Assembly: GCA_013329055.1 (NCBI GenBank)
Contig: DUKY01000016.1
Span: 4,559 to 68,558, forward strand
Direction: 5' to 3'
Source of the DNA: Nanobdellota archaeon
Lineage (GTDB): Archaea; Nanobdellota; Nanobdellia; Pacearchaeales; GW2011-AR1
DNA: 64,000 nt
The translations under genes were made by a program, and so were the position numbers. Positions 9,726-18,909 of this stretch are shown here, in pieces; within the stretch, counting starts at the first letter, position 1, and each line of letters begins with the position of its first letter. A model generated the notes under the pieces. It was not told where the DNA came from. It worked only from the letters and a program-made list of their open reading frames with translations, and searched no databases.

Positions 9726-10274
9726 TTATACTTTAGAAAATAAATGGTTTACTAAATTTCTACTTTTTTTTGGACCAATTATCTGCGAAGATATACTCTC
9801 AAAATTAGAAGCTTGTTTTAACTTAGTTAAGTATTCAATTTTTTTTGCATCTTCAGGTTTAATTTCCATAAATAGGGGTTTTAATACGCCATTTTCAAAA
9901 TAAAATGATACTGGAGCAAAAAATTCTTTGTTCGGCCAAAAGCGATTATGAAAAACCTCATTTTTTTTAGAGGAATTTAAAGCAATATCTGAAGCTAAAA
10001 AAAGTATTCTTCCTGCATATAAATTATATGTCTCTTGACCTACACTACTGGTAGAAAAAAAATCATTATCTTCAATATGCTGTCCAATAATATCTAAAGG
10101 ATGACCTTTTAAAAATTTCGTTTTTGTCATTCCTTTCTCGCTTCCATGATAACAACCGGTTACAATATAGAAATCATCGTGTAACATAGCACCTTTTTTA
10201 AGATCATATTGAGTATTGCTTATTTTTTGTAAATGTTCTATAATCCTATTTATTACATATTTTTCATCAGCCAT
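9726..10274 (-). CDS. hypothetical protein
   Basis: 182-aa ORF; no motif. Confidence 0.6.
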   Translation of the reverse strand: MADEKYVINRIIEHLQKISNTQYDLKKGAMLHDDFYIVTGCYHGSEKGMTKTKFLKGHPLDIIGQHIEDNDFFSTSSVGQETYNLYAGRILFLASDIALNSSKKNEVFHNRFWPNKEFFAPVSFYFENGVLKPLFMEIKPEDAKKIEYLTKLKQASNFESISSQIIGPKKSRNLVNHLFSKV

Positions 10275-10357
10275 AGAAAATTTATCTAGACTTCATTTAA
10301 ATAAATTTGGGAACAAAAATCACATAATTTAAATAATAAAGTTCTTTTTAAAGGGAG

Positions 10358-11140
10358 ATGGCTGAAGATAAAAAGAGTGATGTAATTATTGATTTAAGGA
10401 ATGTCTATAAGCATTATAAGATGGGTGAAACAATTGTGAAGGCAATTGATGGGATAAATATTCGTATTAAAAAAGGGGAATTTGTTGCAGTTATGGGTCC
10501 ATCCGGGTCAGGAAAATCAACGTCAATGAATTTAATTGGGAGTTTAGATGTTCCAACAAAAGGCGAAATTTATCTTGATGGGCAAAATATTTCAGAATTA
10601 GATGAATCAGATTTAGCACAAATTCGTGGCAAGAAAATTGGTTTTATTTTTCAAAGTTTTAATTTAATTCCTAATTTAACAGTTAAAGAAAATGTAAGTT
10701 TACCGATGATGTTTCAAGGAGTTAGCAAAGAAGAAAGAGATGCATATGCTGAAGAATTATTAATTAAAGTTGATTTAGGTGAAAGGATGGATCATTATCC
10801 GTCTCAAATTTCAGGGGGGCAAATGCAAAGAGTTGCAATTGCCAGAGCACTTGCAAACAATCCTGAAGTTATTTTAGCAGATGAACCTACCGGTAACCTT
10901 GATACTAAGACCGGAGAAAAAGTTATGGAATTTTTACAACAATTAAATAAAGAAGGCAAAACAATTATTATGGTTACACATGAACCTGAACTTGCCGAGG
11001 CTTATGCACAAATTGTTTATTGGTTAAGAGACGGCAAAGTTGAAAAAGTCACACGAAAAAAGAATGGATTTAATATTGAGAATGAAGAAAAAAAATTAAT
11101 ACAAAAACATCCTAATCACAAAAAAGTTGTTAAAAAATAA
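10358..11140 (+). CDS. ABC transporter ATP-binding protein (LolD/MacB type)
   Basis: Walker A GPSGSGKST, signature ISGGQMQRVAIARAL, ADEPTGNLD, VTHE. Confidence 0.96.
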   Translation: MAEDKKSDVIIDLRNVYKHYKMGETIVKAIDGINIRIKKGEFVAVMGPSGSGKSTSMNLIGSLDVPTKGEIYLDGQNISELDESDLAQIRGKKIGFIFQSFNLIPNLTVKENVSLPMMFQGVSKEERDAYAEELLIKVDLGERMDHYPSQISGGQMQRVAIARALANNPEVILADEPTGNLDTKTGEKVMEFLQQLNKEGKTIIMVTHEPELAEAYAQIVYWLRDGKVEKVTRKKNGFNIENEEKKLIQKHPNHKKVVKK

Positions 11141-11142
11141 AT

Positions 11143-11781
11143 TTATATTTCCCCGTCTACTTCTTTGTTCATTCTATCAAAAAAATTCGCCATAAATTCA
11201 TGTCTTTCTTTGGCTAATTTTTTACCTTCGTTTGTTAACATTCTATCTTTAAGAAATCTAATTTTTATCAGATATTCTCTATAAGCTGTATCATCTTTTG
11301 AATATTCTTCTGAGTTATTGATATCTATATTTTTATCATGTAATTTTGAACCAATTTCTCCTGCAAATAAAAAAATTCTTCCAAGTCCAACTGCTCCCAT
11401 AGCATCTAACTTATCAGCATCAAATAAAATTTTTGCTTCTTTTGTTAAGGGAATATTATCTCCTCTTGATCTATGAGTATTTATACAATGTGAAATTTTT
11501 TTTATTTTTTCTTCTTCTAAATTATATTTTGATAAAATTTTTTCTGCTAATTCTGCACCTTTTTTTGCATGACAAATTTGTCCTTTTGATTTATCTTCAT
11601 AACTTCTTGCAATATCGTGCAATAACGATGAGAGTTGCAAAATCTCTAAATTTGCATTTTCAATTTTTCCTATATGCAGGCATAAATTATAAACTCTTAA
11701 TGTATGATCCCAGCCATGACTTCCTTTAGAATTTTTATGAAAAGTTTCTGCTTCTTTTTTTATTTGTTCAATTAAATCCAT
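11143..11781 (-). CDS. HD-domain phosphohydrolase
   Basis: HGWDHTLRV, LLHDIAR, FDADKLDAMGAVG. Confidence 0.92.
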   Translation of the reverse strand: MDLIEQIKKEAETFHKNSKGSHGWDHTLRVYNLCLHIGKIENANLEILQLSSLLHDIARSYEDKSKGQICHAKKGAELAEKILSKYNLEEEKIKKISHCINTHRSRGDNIPLTKEAKILFDADKLDAMGAVGLGRIFLFAGEIGSKLHDKNIDINNSEEYSKDDTAYREYLIKIRFLKDRMLTNEGKKLAKERHEFMANFFDRMNKEVDGEI

Positions 11782-11835
11782 AGAATTTAAATTAATTGAA
11801 AGATTATAAAATTATTGTTAAATTTTAATTTTTTA

Positions 11836-12084
11836 TCATTCGTAAATATTCTTTCTATGCCCAATTTTTAAAACTTTTAAAATTTTAATGGAATTATCTA
11901 CATCTATAATTAAACGATAATTTCCAACTCTTAATTTATATCCATTTATTTCTTCAAGATGCTCAAGAAAGCGAAATGGTTCTTCTTTACATTGTTGAAG
12001 TTTATTCCAAATTCTTTCTTTGATTTCTTTTTCAAGTTTGTTAAGAAAATCTATTGCTTTCTTTTCAAAAATAAGGTTATACAT
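11836..12084 (-). CDS. RelE/ParE family toxin
   Basis: MYNLIFEKKA...YKLRVGNYRLII...IGHRKNIYE; ATG at 12084. Confidence 0.88.
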   Translation of the reverse strand: MYNLIFEKKAIDFLNKLEKEIKERIWNKLQQCKEEPFRFLEHLEEINGYKLRVGNYRLIIDVDNSIKILKVLKIGHRKNIYE

Positions 12085-12088
12085 CTTT

Positions 12089-12331
12089 TTACAAACCAAG
12101 AATTTTTTTAGCTTCTGCTTGGGTATAAAATTCGCCTTTTTTAATCCTTTCTCGTGCATCTTTTATTTCAAGAATAGTTTTTTGACTAAGTTTTGGTTTT
12201 TTCTCGGTTAATTTAGCTAAATAGATGAGTTTTCTTACTAATTCATCATAACTCTCGCTCTTGTATTGTTTAAAATTATCTAGTTCTGTTTTTGTTGTTT
12301 GATTAAGTCTTATTGTTGTTTCCATATACAA
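12089..12331 (-). CDS. cognate antitoxin
   Basis: TTIRL..TK.EL..FK...ESYDELV..L..IKKGEFYT..EAKKILGL; upstream of relE. Confidence 0.8.
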   Translation of the reverse strand: MYMETTIRLNQTTKTELDNFKQYKSESYDELVRKLIYLAKLTEKKPKLSQKTILEIKDARERIKKGEFYTQAEAKKILGL

Positions 12332-12396
12332 TTGTATACAAAAGTAGATTTTATAAATATTTCGTTTAATTGAAATAAATAGTGAAGATTCATCAA

Positions 12397-13092
12397 TTAA
12401 CCTTTCTTTGTTAATGAAACAACTTTTGCTTCTTTATAAAATTCATATAATGGTCCGATAAATGCTCCTGTTAAAAAAATCCAGATAAAATCTTCAATTG
12501 GAACTTTAAAAAAAGTTATACCTGATAAATTTTCAAAATACCAGGAAGCTTGTATCCAACCAGGAGTTATAAATTCCGGAATCAAATAAGCCGGTACTGA
12601 AATAATTACCAATAATATTCCGGATATTAAAGAATTGAGGATTAAATCTTTTCGCTTGAACCAAATAAAAAAGATTAATATTAAAAAAGAAATAATCGCA
12701 GAATAAAAAGTATTTAATTTAAGGATATAAAGAGAAACAAAAAAGATTATGGCAAATACAAAAACCAAAAGAAGAATCTTGTTTGATTTTAATTTTTGTT
12801 TTAATTTTTTAAATTTCAGTTTTTTTCTAAAGAGAGTAATGTATATTACCGACGCAATTCCTGCAATTACAAATCCAAAAAGAAAATCTTCAAGACTTAT
12901 TGTTGTATTTGTAATTGTTTGAGGGTGCCACCAATCAAGGAAATAAATAAATCCGGTAAAAATCCCAATAATTCCGAATATTAAAGAAATTGCCAGCATT
13001 TCTTTTCGCACATCTTTACGCAAATAAAAAAGAATTGACCAAAAAACAAGCAAAACTAAATCACCGATTAAATAACTATATTGATAAGTCAT
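12397..13092 (-). CDS. lycopene-cyclase-domain-like membrane protein
   Basis: Two internally repeated membrane halves ending W..P...(S/P)(L/I)EDF. Confidence 0.6.
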   Translation of the reverse strand: MTYQYSYLIGDLVLLVFWSILFYLRKDVRKEMLAISLIFGIIGIFTGFIYFLDWWHPQTITNTTISLEDFLFGFVIAGIASVIYITLFRKKLKFKKLKQKLKSNKILLLVFVFAIIFFVSLYILKLNTFYSAIISFLILIFFIWFKRKDLILNSLISGILLVIISVPAYLIPEFITPGWIQASWYFENLSGITFFKVPIEDFIWIFLTGAFIGPLYEFYKEAKVVSLTKKG

Positions 13093-13133
13093 TTAAATAA
13101 AATGATTTTTTGATTTATAATCTTTTTTAAAAA

Positions 13134-13625
13134 TTATCCCATATGAATAATTTTTTTTGAATCATAAACAGGTTTTTTTCCAAAAACAGCTATACCATGA
13201 TTATAAATTTCTTTTTTTCCTTCTTTTGCATGCCACTTTTTTTCTAATTCTTTATCTTCTAAAAAAGTTCTTTCAAATGAAGAGGGATCATCAAAAAATA
13301 TTTTATTTTTATCATATCCAATAGCTACAACCCAATGAAACTCATTATAAGCACTCAGAAGAATTAAAACAGGTATTTTTTTATCAAGATAATTTTGAAT
13401 ATCTTTGATAGTCATTCTTTTTGATTCATATTTTAATTTAAATTCATCTAATGTTTTGAGTATTCCTTTGATTGTAGTTCCTTTTTTTGGATTAGTTTTT
13501 GCATCTTTCATTAAAATTTCTTCTCTTAATTCTATCCCATAATATACTAATACTGCCTGCAAAGCATTTGCTCCGCAATCATATTCATAAGTTTGCCTTA
13601 ACTTTGGAAAATCTAAAAGTTTCAT
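13134..13625 (-). CDS. C39-family cysteine peptidase (stand-alone)
   Basis: QTYEYDCG, HWVVAIGYD, DDPS. Confidence 0.85.
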   Translation of the reverse strand: MKLLDFPKLRQTYEYDCGANALQAVLVYYGIELREEILMKDAKTNPKKGTTIKGILKTLDEFKLKYESKRMTIKDIQNYLDKKIPVLILLSAYNEFHWVVAIGYDKNKIFFDDPSSFERTFLEDKELEKKWHAKEGKKEIYNHGIAVFGKKPVYDSKKIIHMG

Positions 13626-13668
13626 ATTATTATAGATTATTTTATTATATAAATATTATTTTTTAATG

Positions 13669-13820
13669 GGCTTTGTAGAAAGTAAAAAATAATTTTTGAA
13701 TTTTATACTAATTTCTTGGAAATTCAAATATTTTTAAGGGCGGGTCTTTTTGCTTTAGCAAAAATTTATAGAGGGGATTTATAAAATTTAAAAAACAAAA
13801 AATAAACTTTCTACAAAGCC
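13669..13820. mobile_element. 152-bp MITE with IS5/IS903-like ends
   Basis: 15-bp perfect terminal inverted repeats ggctttgtagaaagt (13669-13683) / actttctacaaagcc (13806-13820), flanked by a 9-bp direct repeat tttttaatg. Confidence 0.85.
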
Positions 13821-13881
13821 TTTTTAATGTGATAAAAAGTTATATAAGCTTTTATTAACAATCTTTAATAAAGAGGATACA

Positions 13882-15099
13882 ATGATACAGGATTATTTTT
13901 CACTTTCGTTTAAAAATTTAAAACATAGAGGAATTAGATCTTGGCTTACACTTTTAGGAATTTTTATCGGAATTATGGCAGTTGTTTCGTTAATTACTCT
14001 CGGGAATGGGTTAAAAATGGCTGTTAATTCACAATTTGGAATAAGTTCTACACAAGTTTTAACAGTTCAGGCAGGAGGATTGAGTTATGCAGGTCCGCCA
14101 GGAACAGGAGTTTCAACGCCATTAACAATGGATGATTTAAGAGCTATAGAAAAAGTCAATAATGTTGAAAGAGTTATTCGAAGAAATATTGCTACGTCAA
14201 AATTAGAGTTTAATGAAAAGGTTACATTTAGCATTGCTCTTAATATTCCTGAAGGAGAAGACCGGAAATTTGTTTATGATCAATTAGAGATTGAAGCCGA
14301 AGAGGGTCGATTATTAAAAGATGGGGATACAAATAAAGTCTTTTTAGGGTATAATTTTTATGCAGATAAAGTTGGATTAGATAAACCTCTTAAAAGGGGG
14401 GATAAAATTTTAATTCAAGACGAGAATTTTGAAGTTGTTGGGATTGCAAAGAAAAAAGGAAGTTTCTTACTGGATAATGCAATTTATATGAATGAAGAAC
14501 CATTAAAAGAATTATTTGAATTTGGAGATGAAGTAGATATAATAGTTGTTTTAGTTAAAGATAAAGATCTTATGGATAAAACTAAAGAAGATATTGAGAA
14601 AGTTTTAAGACAGCAAAGGGATGTTAAGTTGGGAGAGGAAGATTTTGAAGTTTCTACTCCTGATGCTATGCTTTCAACAGTGAATAGTATTTTAGCGGGA
14701 ATACAGGCATTTATTATTATTATTGCTTCTTTGTCGATTATTGTTGGTGCAATAGGGATTGTTAATACTATGACTACTTCAGTTTTAGAAAGAAAAAAAG
14801 AAATTGGGATAATGAAAGCTATTGGTGCAAAGAATGAGCAAATTTTCTTTCAATTTTTTATTGAGTCCGGATTTATGGGTTTAATTGGCGGGGCTATGGG
14901 TGCATTATTTGGAATAATTATTGGATATTTTGGAACAATGGGAATTAATAATTGGATTGGTGCAGAATCACAACCGGAAATAAGTTTTATTTTAATTGCT
15001 GTTTCTTTAATGGGTAGTTTCTTGATTGGTTCAATTGCGGGAATTACTCCGGCAATGCAGGCAGCAAGACAAAATCCTGTGGAGGCATTGAAAAGTTAA
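13882..15099 (+). CDS. ABC transporter permease, MacB/FtsX family
   Basis: RSWLTLLGIFIG..GIVNTMTTSVLERKKEIGIMKAIGA..PVEALK. Confidence 0.93.
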   Translation: MIQDYFSLSFKNLKHRGIRSWLTLLGIFIGIMAVVSLITLGNGLKMAVNSQFGISSTQVLTVQAGGLSYAGPPGTGVSTPLTMDDLRAIEKVNNVERVIRRNIATSKLEFNEKVTFSIALNIPEGEDRKFVYDQLEIEAEEGRLLKDGDTNKVFLGYNFYADKVGLDKPLKRGDKILIQDENFEVVGIAKKKGSFLLDNAIYMNEEPLKELFEFGDEVDIIVVLVKDKDLMDKTKEDIEKVLRQQRDVKLGEEDFEVSTPDAMLSTVNSILAGIQAFIIIIASLSIIVGAIGIVNTMTTSVLERKKEIGIMKAIGAKNEQIFFQFFIESGFMGLIGGAMGALFGIIIGYFGTMGINNWIGAESQPEISFILIAVSLMGSFLIGSIAGITPAMQAARQNPVEALKS

Positions 15100-15165
15100 A
15101 ATGGAAAAATTAAATTTTTATCTTTTTCAAACACAAGATAGGGAAATTAAAGGAGTATTTGAAAA

Positions 15166-16374
15166 ATGTTTAGCATAGAAAATATAAAATATTCTTTACG
15201 AAATATTAAACATAGAAAAACCAGAAGTATTTTAACAATTCTTTCAATTTTTATAGGAATTACTACAATATTTATTTTTATTAGTTTTGGCTGGGGGTTA
15301 TATGCTTATATTCAGGATTTGTCTTCCAGTACTTCAGCAGATAAAATAATCATTCAACCTCGTGGAACAGGTGCTCCTGGATTAGATACAACTTTTAAAC
15401 TTACAGACGAGGATTTAGATGCAATTGAAAAAACTGCAGGAGTTTATGAAGTTACAGGGGCTTATTTTAAAGTCGCAGAGGTTCAGCAGGGACATCAAAA
15501 GTTTTATACTTTTTTAGTGGGAATGGATCCTAAAAAACCAATGTTAATGGAAATTTCAAATATTGGAATTATTAAAGGAAGAGATTTACAACCAAGAGAA
15601 ACAGGAAGTGTTGCTTTAGGTTACAATTATTTAATTGAAGATAAAATTTTTCCTAATTCTTATGATATAAATGATAATATTGAAATAAATGGACAAAAAG
15701 TTAAAATTGTTGGGTTTTACGAAGCTGTCGGAAGTCCGCAAGATGATGCACAGATTTATACTACTAATGAATTCATTGAAGAGTTATATCCAAATGATAC
15801 AAATTCGTATGGTTGGGTTGTTGCAAGAGTAGATGTAAACAATATTGATAAAGTTATACAGGATGTTGAAAAAAATTTAAGAAAAGAAAGGGGACTTGAA
15901 GAGGGTAAAGAAGATTTTTTTGTTCAGTCTTTTGAAGATATGATAGATAGTTATGCCAGTGCATTAAATATTATTATTGGTTTTGTAATTTTAATTGCAT
16001 TAATCTCGGTTGTTGTTTCAGCAGTTAATACTGCTAATACTATGATTACTTCAGTTTTGGAAAGAATTAAAGAAATTGGTATTATCAAATCAATTGGTGC
16101 CAGAAATTCTGAGATTTTTACAATATTTTTATTTGAGTCAGGATTTTTGGGTTTTGTTGCGGGGGTTTTGGGAGTCTTACTTGGTTATATTAGTACATAT
16201 ATTGTCGGTAGAGTCTTAGAGTCATTAGGCTGGGGATTTTTAGCTCCGTACTATAATATTTACTTGTTTATAGGTTGCATATTATTTGCAACAATTACCG
16301 GTGCAATTTCAGGGGTTTGGCCTGCAATGAATGCTTCAAAAATTAATCCGGTTGATGCTTTAAGATATGAATAA
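15166..16374 (+). CDS. ABC transporter permease, MacB/FtsX family
   Basis: RSILTILSIFIG..NTMITSVLERIKEIGIIKSIGA..PVDALRYE. Confidence 0.93.
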   Translation: MFSIENIKYSLRNIKHRKTRSILTILSIFIGITTIFIFISFGWGLYAYIQDLSSSTSADKIIIQPRGTGAPGLDTTFKLTDEDLDAIEKTAGVYEVTGAYFKVAEVQQGHQKFYTFLVGMDPKKPMLMEISNIGIIKGRDLQPRETGSVALGYNYLIEDKIFPNSYDINDNIEINGQKVKIVGFYEAVGSPQDDAQIYTTNEFIEELYPNDTNSYGWVVARVDVNNIDKVIQDVEKNLRKERGLEEGKEDFFVQSFEDMIDSYASALNIIIGFVILIALISVVVSAVNTANTMITSVLERIKEIGIIKSIGARNSEIFTIFLFESGFLGFVAGVLGVLLGYISTYIVGRVLESLGWGFLAPYYNIYLFIGCILFATITGAISGVWPAMNASKINPVDALRYE

Positions 16375-16378
16375 AAGT

Positions 16379-16888
16379 TTATTTTTCAAATGTATCAAGA
16401 AGAAAATTAATATTATTTTTGTATTTAATTTTTTTTGAAAAATCAGAATCCATTTCTCTTATAATAAAATTATCTATAAGTGGACTACTTCCCTGATAAA
16501 ATGCTGTTGGTAGTTTATAATCATTTATTGAGGCAATTAATTCTGTTAATGTCCCAATTCCACCTGTAATTCCTATTACAGCTTCACTTCCTTTTACTTG
16601 CAATATATTTCTTATTGGATAATCTTGATTTGTATAAATGGGTGTATCAGGTTTTATTAAAACTTCTTCTCCAACTTCTTTCATTAATTTTAATTTAGGA
16701 TAATATCCAATAAATTCACGGCCATGATTTTGTTTGTATGCTTTTGCGACTAAACCTTGCATCCCTGAACTAGGTGATGCTATCAAGATATGCCCTCTTC
16801 GAGCAATAGACATGCCTAATTCTTGTGCTTGAGGGATATATTCCTTGACTTTTTCAGGATTCCAAGAGCCTACAACTAATATCTTCAT
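16379..16888 (-). CDS. LOG/SLOG-family nucleotide-binding protein
   Basis: KILVVGS..ELG..IA.RG..GMQG..RN..GGIGTLTEL; ATG at 16888. Confidence 0.7.
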   Translation of the reverse strand: MKILVVGSWNPEKVKEYIPQAQELGMSIARRGHILIASPSSGMQGLVAKAYKQNHGREFIGYYPKLKLMKEVGEEVLIKPDTPIYTNQDYPIRNILQVKGSEAVIGITGGIGTLTELIASINDYKLPTAFYQGSSPLIDNFIIREMDSDFSKKIKYKNNINFLLDTFEK

Positions 16889-16953
16889 AAAATTCGAGAA
16901 GAGATAGTTATTTATAAATCTTAGTTTAATACAAAATAATCCCAAAAGAAAAC

Positions 16954-17808
16954 TTATTTATGTTTATGCAAATCTCTTTTCTTTTTTCTATTTCTATAAG
17001 CAAAGAAAATTAAAATTAAAATTACAGCTCCAATTAAATAATAAATATTATAAGAGTTTGTTTTTTCATCAGCTTTTCTTCCTTGAAAATATGAAGAATC
17101 AAATAAAACTTCGCTTTCAACTATTCTTCTAACATTGATATTATCTGTATAAATGATATTTATCTTAATTATTCCATTTATAGGAGTTGCCTCAAATTCA
17201 GCAGTAGTATACTCATTTGAGTCTAAATCCCCTATAATATTTCGGTTTGATCCTTTTACGATAATATTATTTTGTTTTGGAACTTCAATTGTTATTGCTT
17301 CAACATCATTTTTTCCGATGTTTAATATCTCAAATGTAATTGTATTTGTAGTATAATCGTAATCTTTTACATGAACTTCAAAATCAACCCGTGGATCTTG
17401 CACATTTAACATAAATTGTTGTGTTTCATAGACTAAGTTTGATCCTTTCTTATATTGAACTTCAATAGGATTATCGCCATTTAATGCATTTGCATCAACT
17501 CTTACTTTATATGGTGCTGTCAAAAATGAACTATAATCTTTATTATAAATTCCGGACTGAAAAATAATTTTTGGTTCATCAGTTGGATCAAATGAGATAG
17601 GATATTTATCCAGCAATTCAAATTCAACCTTTCCACATTCAGGATTTGAAACTCCATTTACCTGAAAGACTACTTTTACATAATCTCCGGGAATTGCAGG
17701 ATAAGGGTCCTGATTGATTAAAGAGATATCTAATTTACATGCTTCAGATGAAACAAATGTAAAACTAAAAAACATTATTAATAAATAAATTAATACACTC
17801 TTTTTCAT
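16954..17808 (-). CDS. COG1361-like S-layer/Ig-domain membrane-anchored protein
   Basis: Signal peptide, QDPYPAIPGDYVKVVF, EILNIG..IGDLDS, C-terminal TM plus basic tail. Confidence 0.8.
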   Translation of the reverse strand: MKKSVLIYLLIMFFSFTFVSSEACKLDISLINQDPYPAIPGDYVKVVFQVNGVSNPECGKVEFELLDKYPISFDPTDEPKIIFQSGIYNKDYSSFLTAPYKVRVDANALNGDNPIEVQYKKGSNLVYETQQFMLNVQDPRVDFEVHVKDYDYTTNTITFEILNIGKNDVEAITIEVPKQNNIIVKGSNRNIIGDLDSNEYTTAEFEATPINGIIKINIIYTDNINVRRIVESEVLFDSSYFQGRKADEKTNSYNIYYLIGAVILILIFFAYRNRKKKRDLHKHK

Positions 17809-17931
17809 ATAAGTTTAAGAGATTGATTATTTTTAAAACTATTTATTTATAATTTAAAATTAACTAATTTTTACAAGATCTTAACCAAAATTTATAAACA
17901 AGAAACGCCAAGTTTTATTAAAGATGGAATA

Positions 17932-18134
17932 ATTCAAAATCAAACTGTGCCTTCGCACAGAAAACTATTAAAGATTTTGAATACAAAGAAAATCTTGGAA
18001 AAAATTTTCTAGCATTTCCATTTCAGGAGAAATGAAAATACAAAGAAAATCTTGGAAAAAATTTTCTAGCATTTCCATTTCAGGAGAAATGAAAATACAA
18101 AGAAAATCCATAAAAAAGGAGAAATGAAAATATG
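17932..18134. repeat. hairpin element plus 57-bp tandem repeat containing an SD/ATG-like motif
   Basis: attcaaaatc..ctgtgccttcgcacag..gattttgaat, then a 57-bp unit x2 plus a partial (17980-18108); ggagaaatgaaaata occurs three times. Confidence 0.85.
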
Positions 18135-18905
18135 AATAAAAGAGGGCAAATGACTATATTTTTAATTATTGGGATAATCCTTATTGCTATTGCAATAATT
18201 TTATTTTTTTTGAACAAACAAGATATTTTAAATCCAAATCAAATAGAGGTAGATAAAAAAGAATTTTTACAGACATGCATTGAAGAACGAATTACAGAAA
18301 CAGTTAATTTAATTGCAATACAAGGCGGATCAATTAATCCAACTTTAAAGAAAACATATGATTTAGAAGATGGACTTGGAAAGAAAAATATTTCAATATT
18401 ATGTTATAATCAAAATTTTTACACGCCATGCATTAATCAGGAACCAATGCTGGTTAATCATGTTAGAGAGGAAATTGAAAAAAATATTAGTCAAGATGTT
18501 AAACAATGTTTTGATGATTTGGTTATAAGTTTAAATAAAAAAGGATTTGAAACAAGTGCATTATACAAGGGTTTTGAAATTAAATTACAACCTGATAAAG
18601 TTATTTTAGAGATTTATGGAGAGATTACAACTACCAGAACAGATGAAACTAAAAAGGAAAAAGATTTTGAAATTATAGTTAAAAGCAAGTTCTATAATTT
18701 AATAATTGTTGCTCAAGAAATACTCAGCCAAGAAGCAAGATTCTGTCATTTTGAAAATCTTGGTTATATGTTATTTTATAAAAATTTTAATATTGATAAA
18801 TTCAAAACAGGAGATTTTTATACATTTTATACTGTAGAAGACAGAGACAGCCAAGAAAAATTCAGGTTTGCAATAAGGGGGTGTGCAATTCCTCCGGGAA
18901 TATAA
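18132..18905 (+). CDS. class III (type IV pilin-like) signal peptide protein, paralog 1
   Basis: MNKRG|QMTIFLIIGII; conserved C...QGG...LCY...CINQEPML...RGCAIPPG. Confidence 0.8.
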   Translation: MNKRGQMTIFLIIGIILIAIAIILFFLNKQDILNPNQIEVDKKEFLQTCIEERITETVNLIAIQGGSINPTLKKTYDLEDGLGKKNISILCYNQNFYTPCINQEPMLVNHVREEIEKNISQDVKQCFDDLVISLNKKGFETSALYKGFEIKLQPDKVILEIYGEITTTRTDETKKEKDFEIIVKSKFYNLIIVAQEILSQEARFCHFENLGYMLFYKNFNIDKFKTGDFYTFYTVEDRDSQEKFRFAIRGCAIPPGI

Positions 18906-18909
18906 AGAG

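Noticed and set aside
13134-16374. Bacteriocin export cluster (C39 + ABC)
   Set aside because: The permeases are MacB type linked to COG1361, the peptidase is divergent and stand-alone, and no precursor peptide was seen
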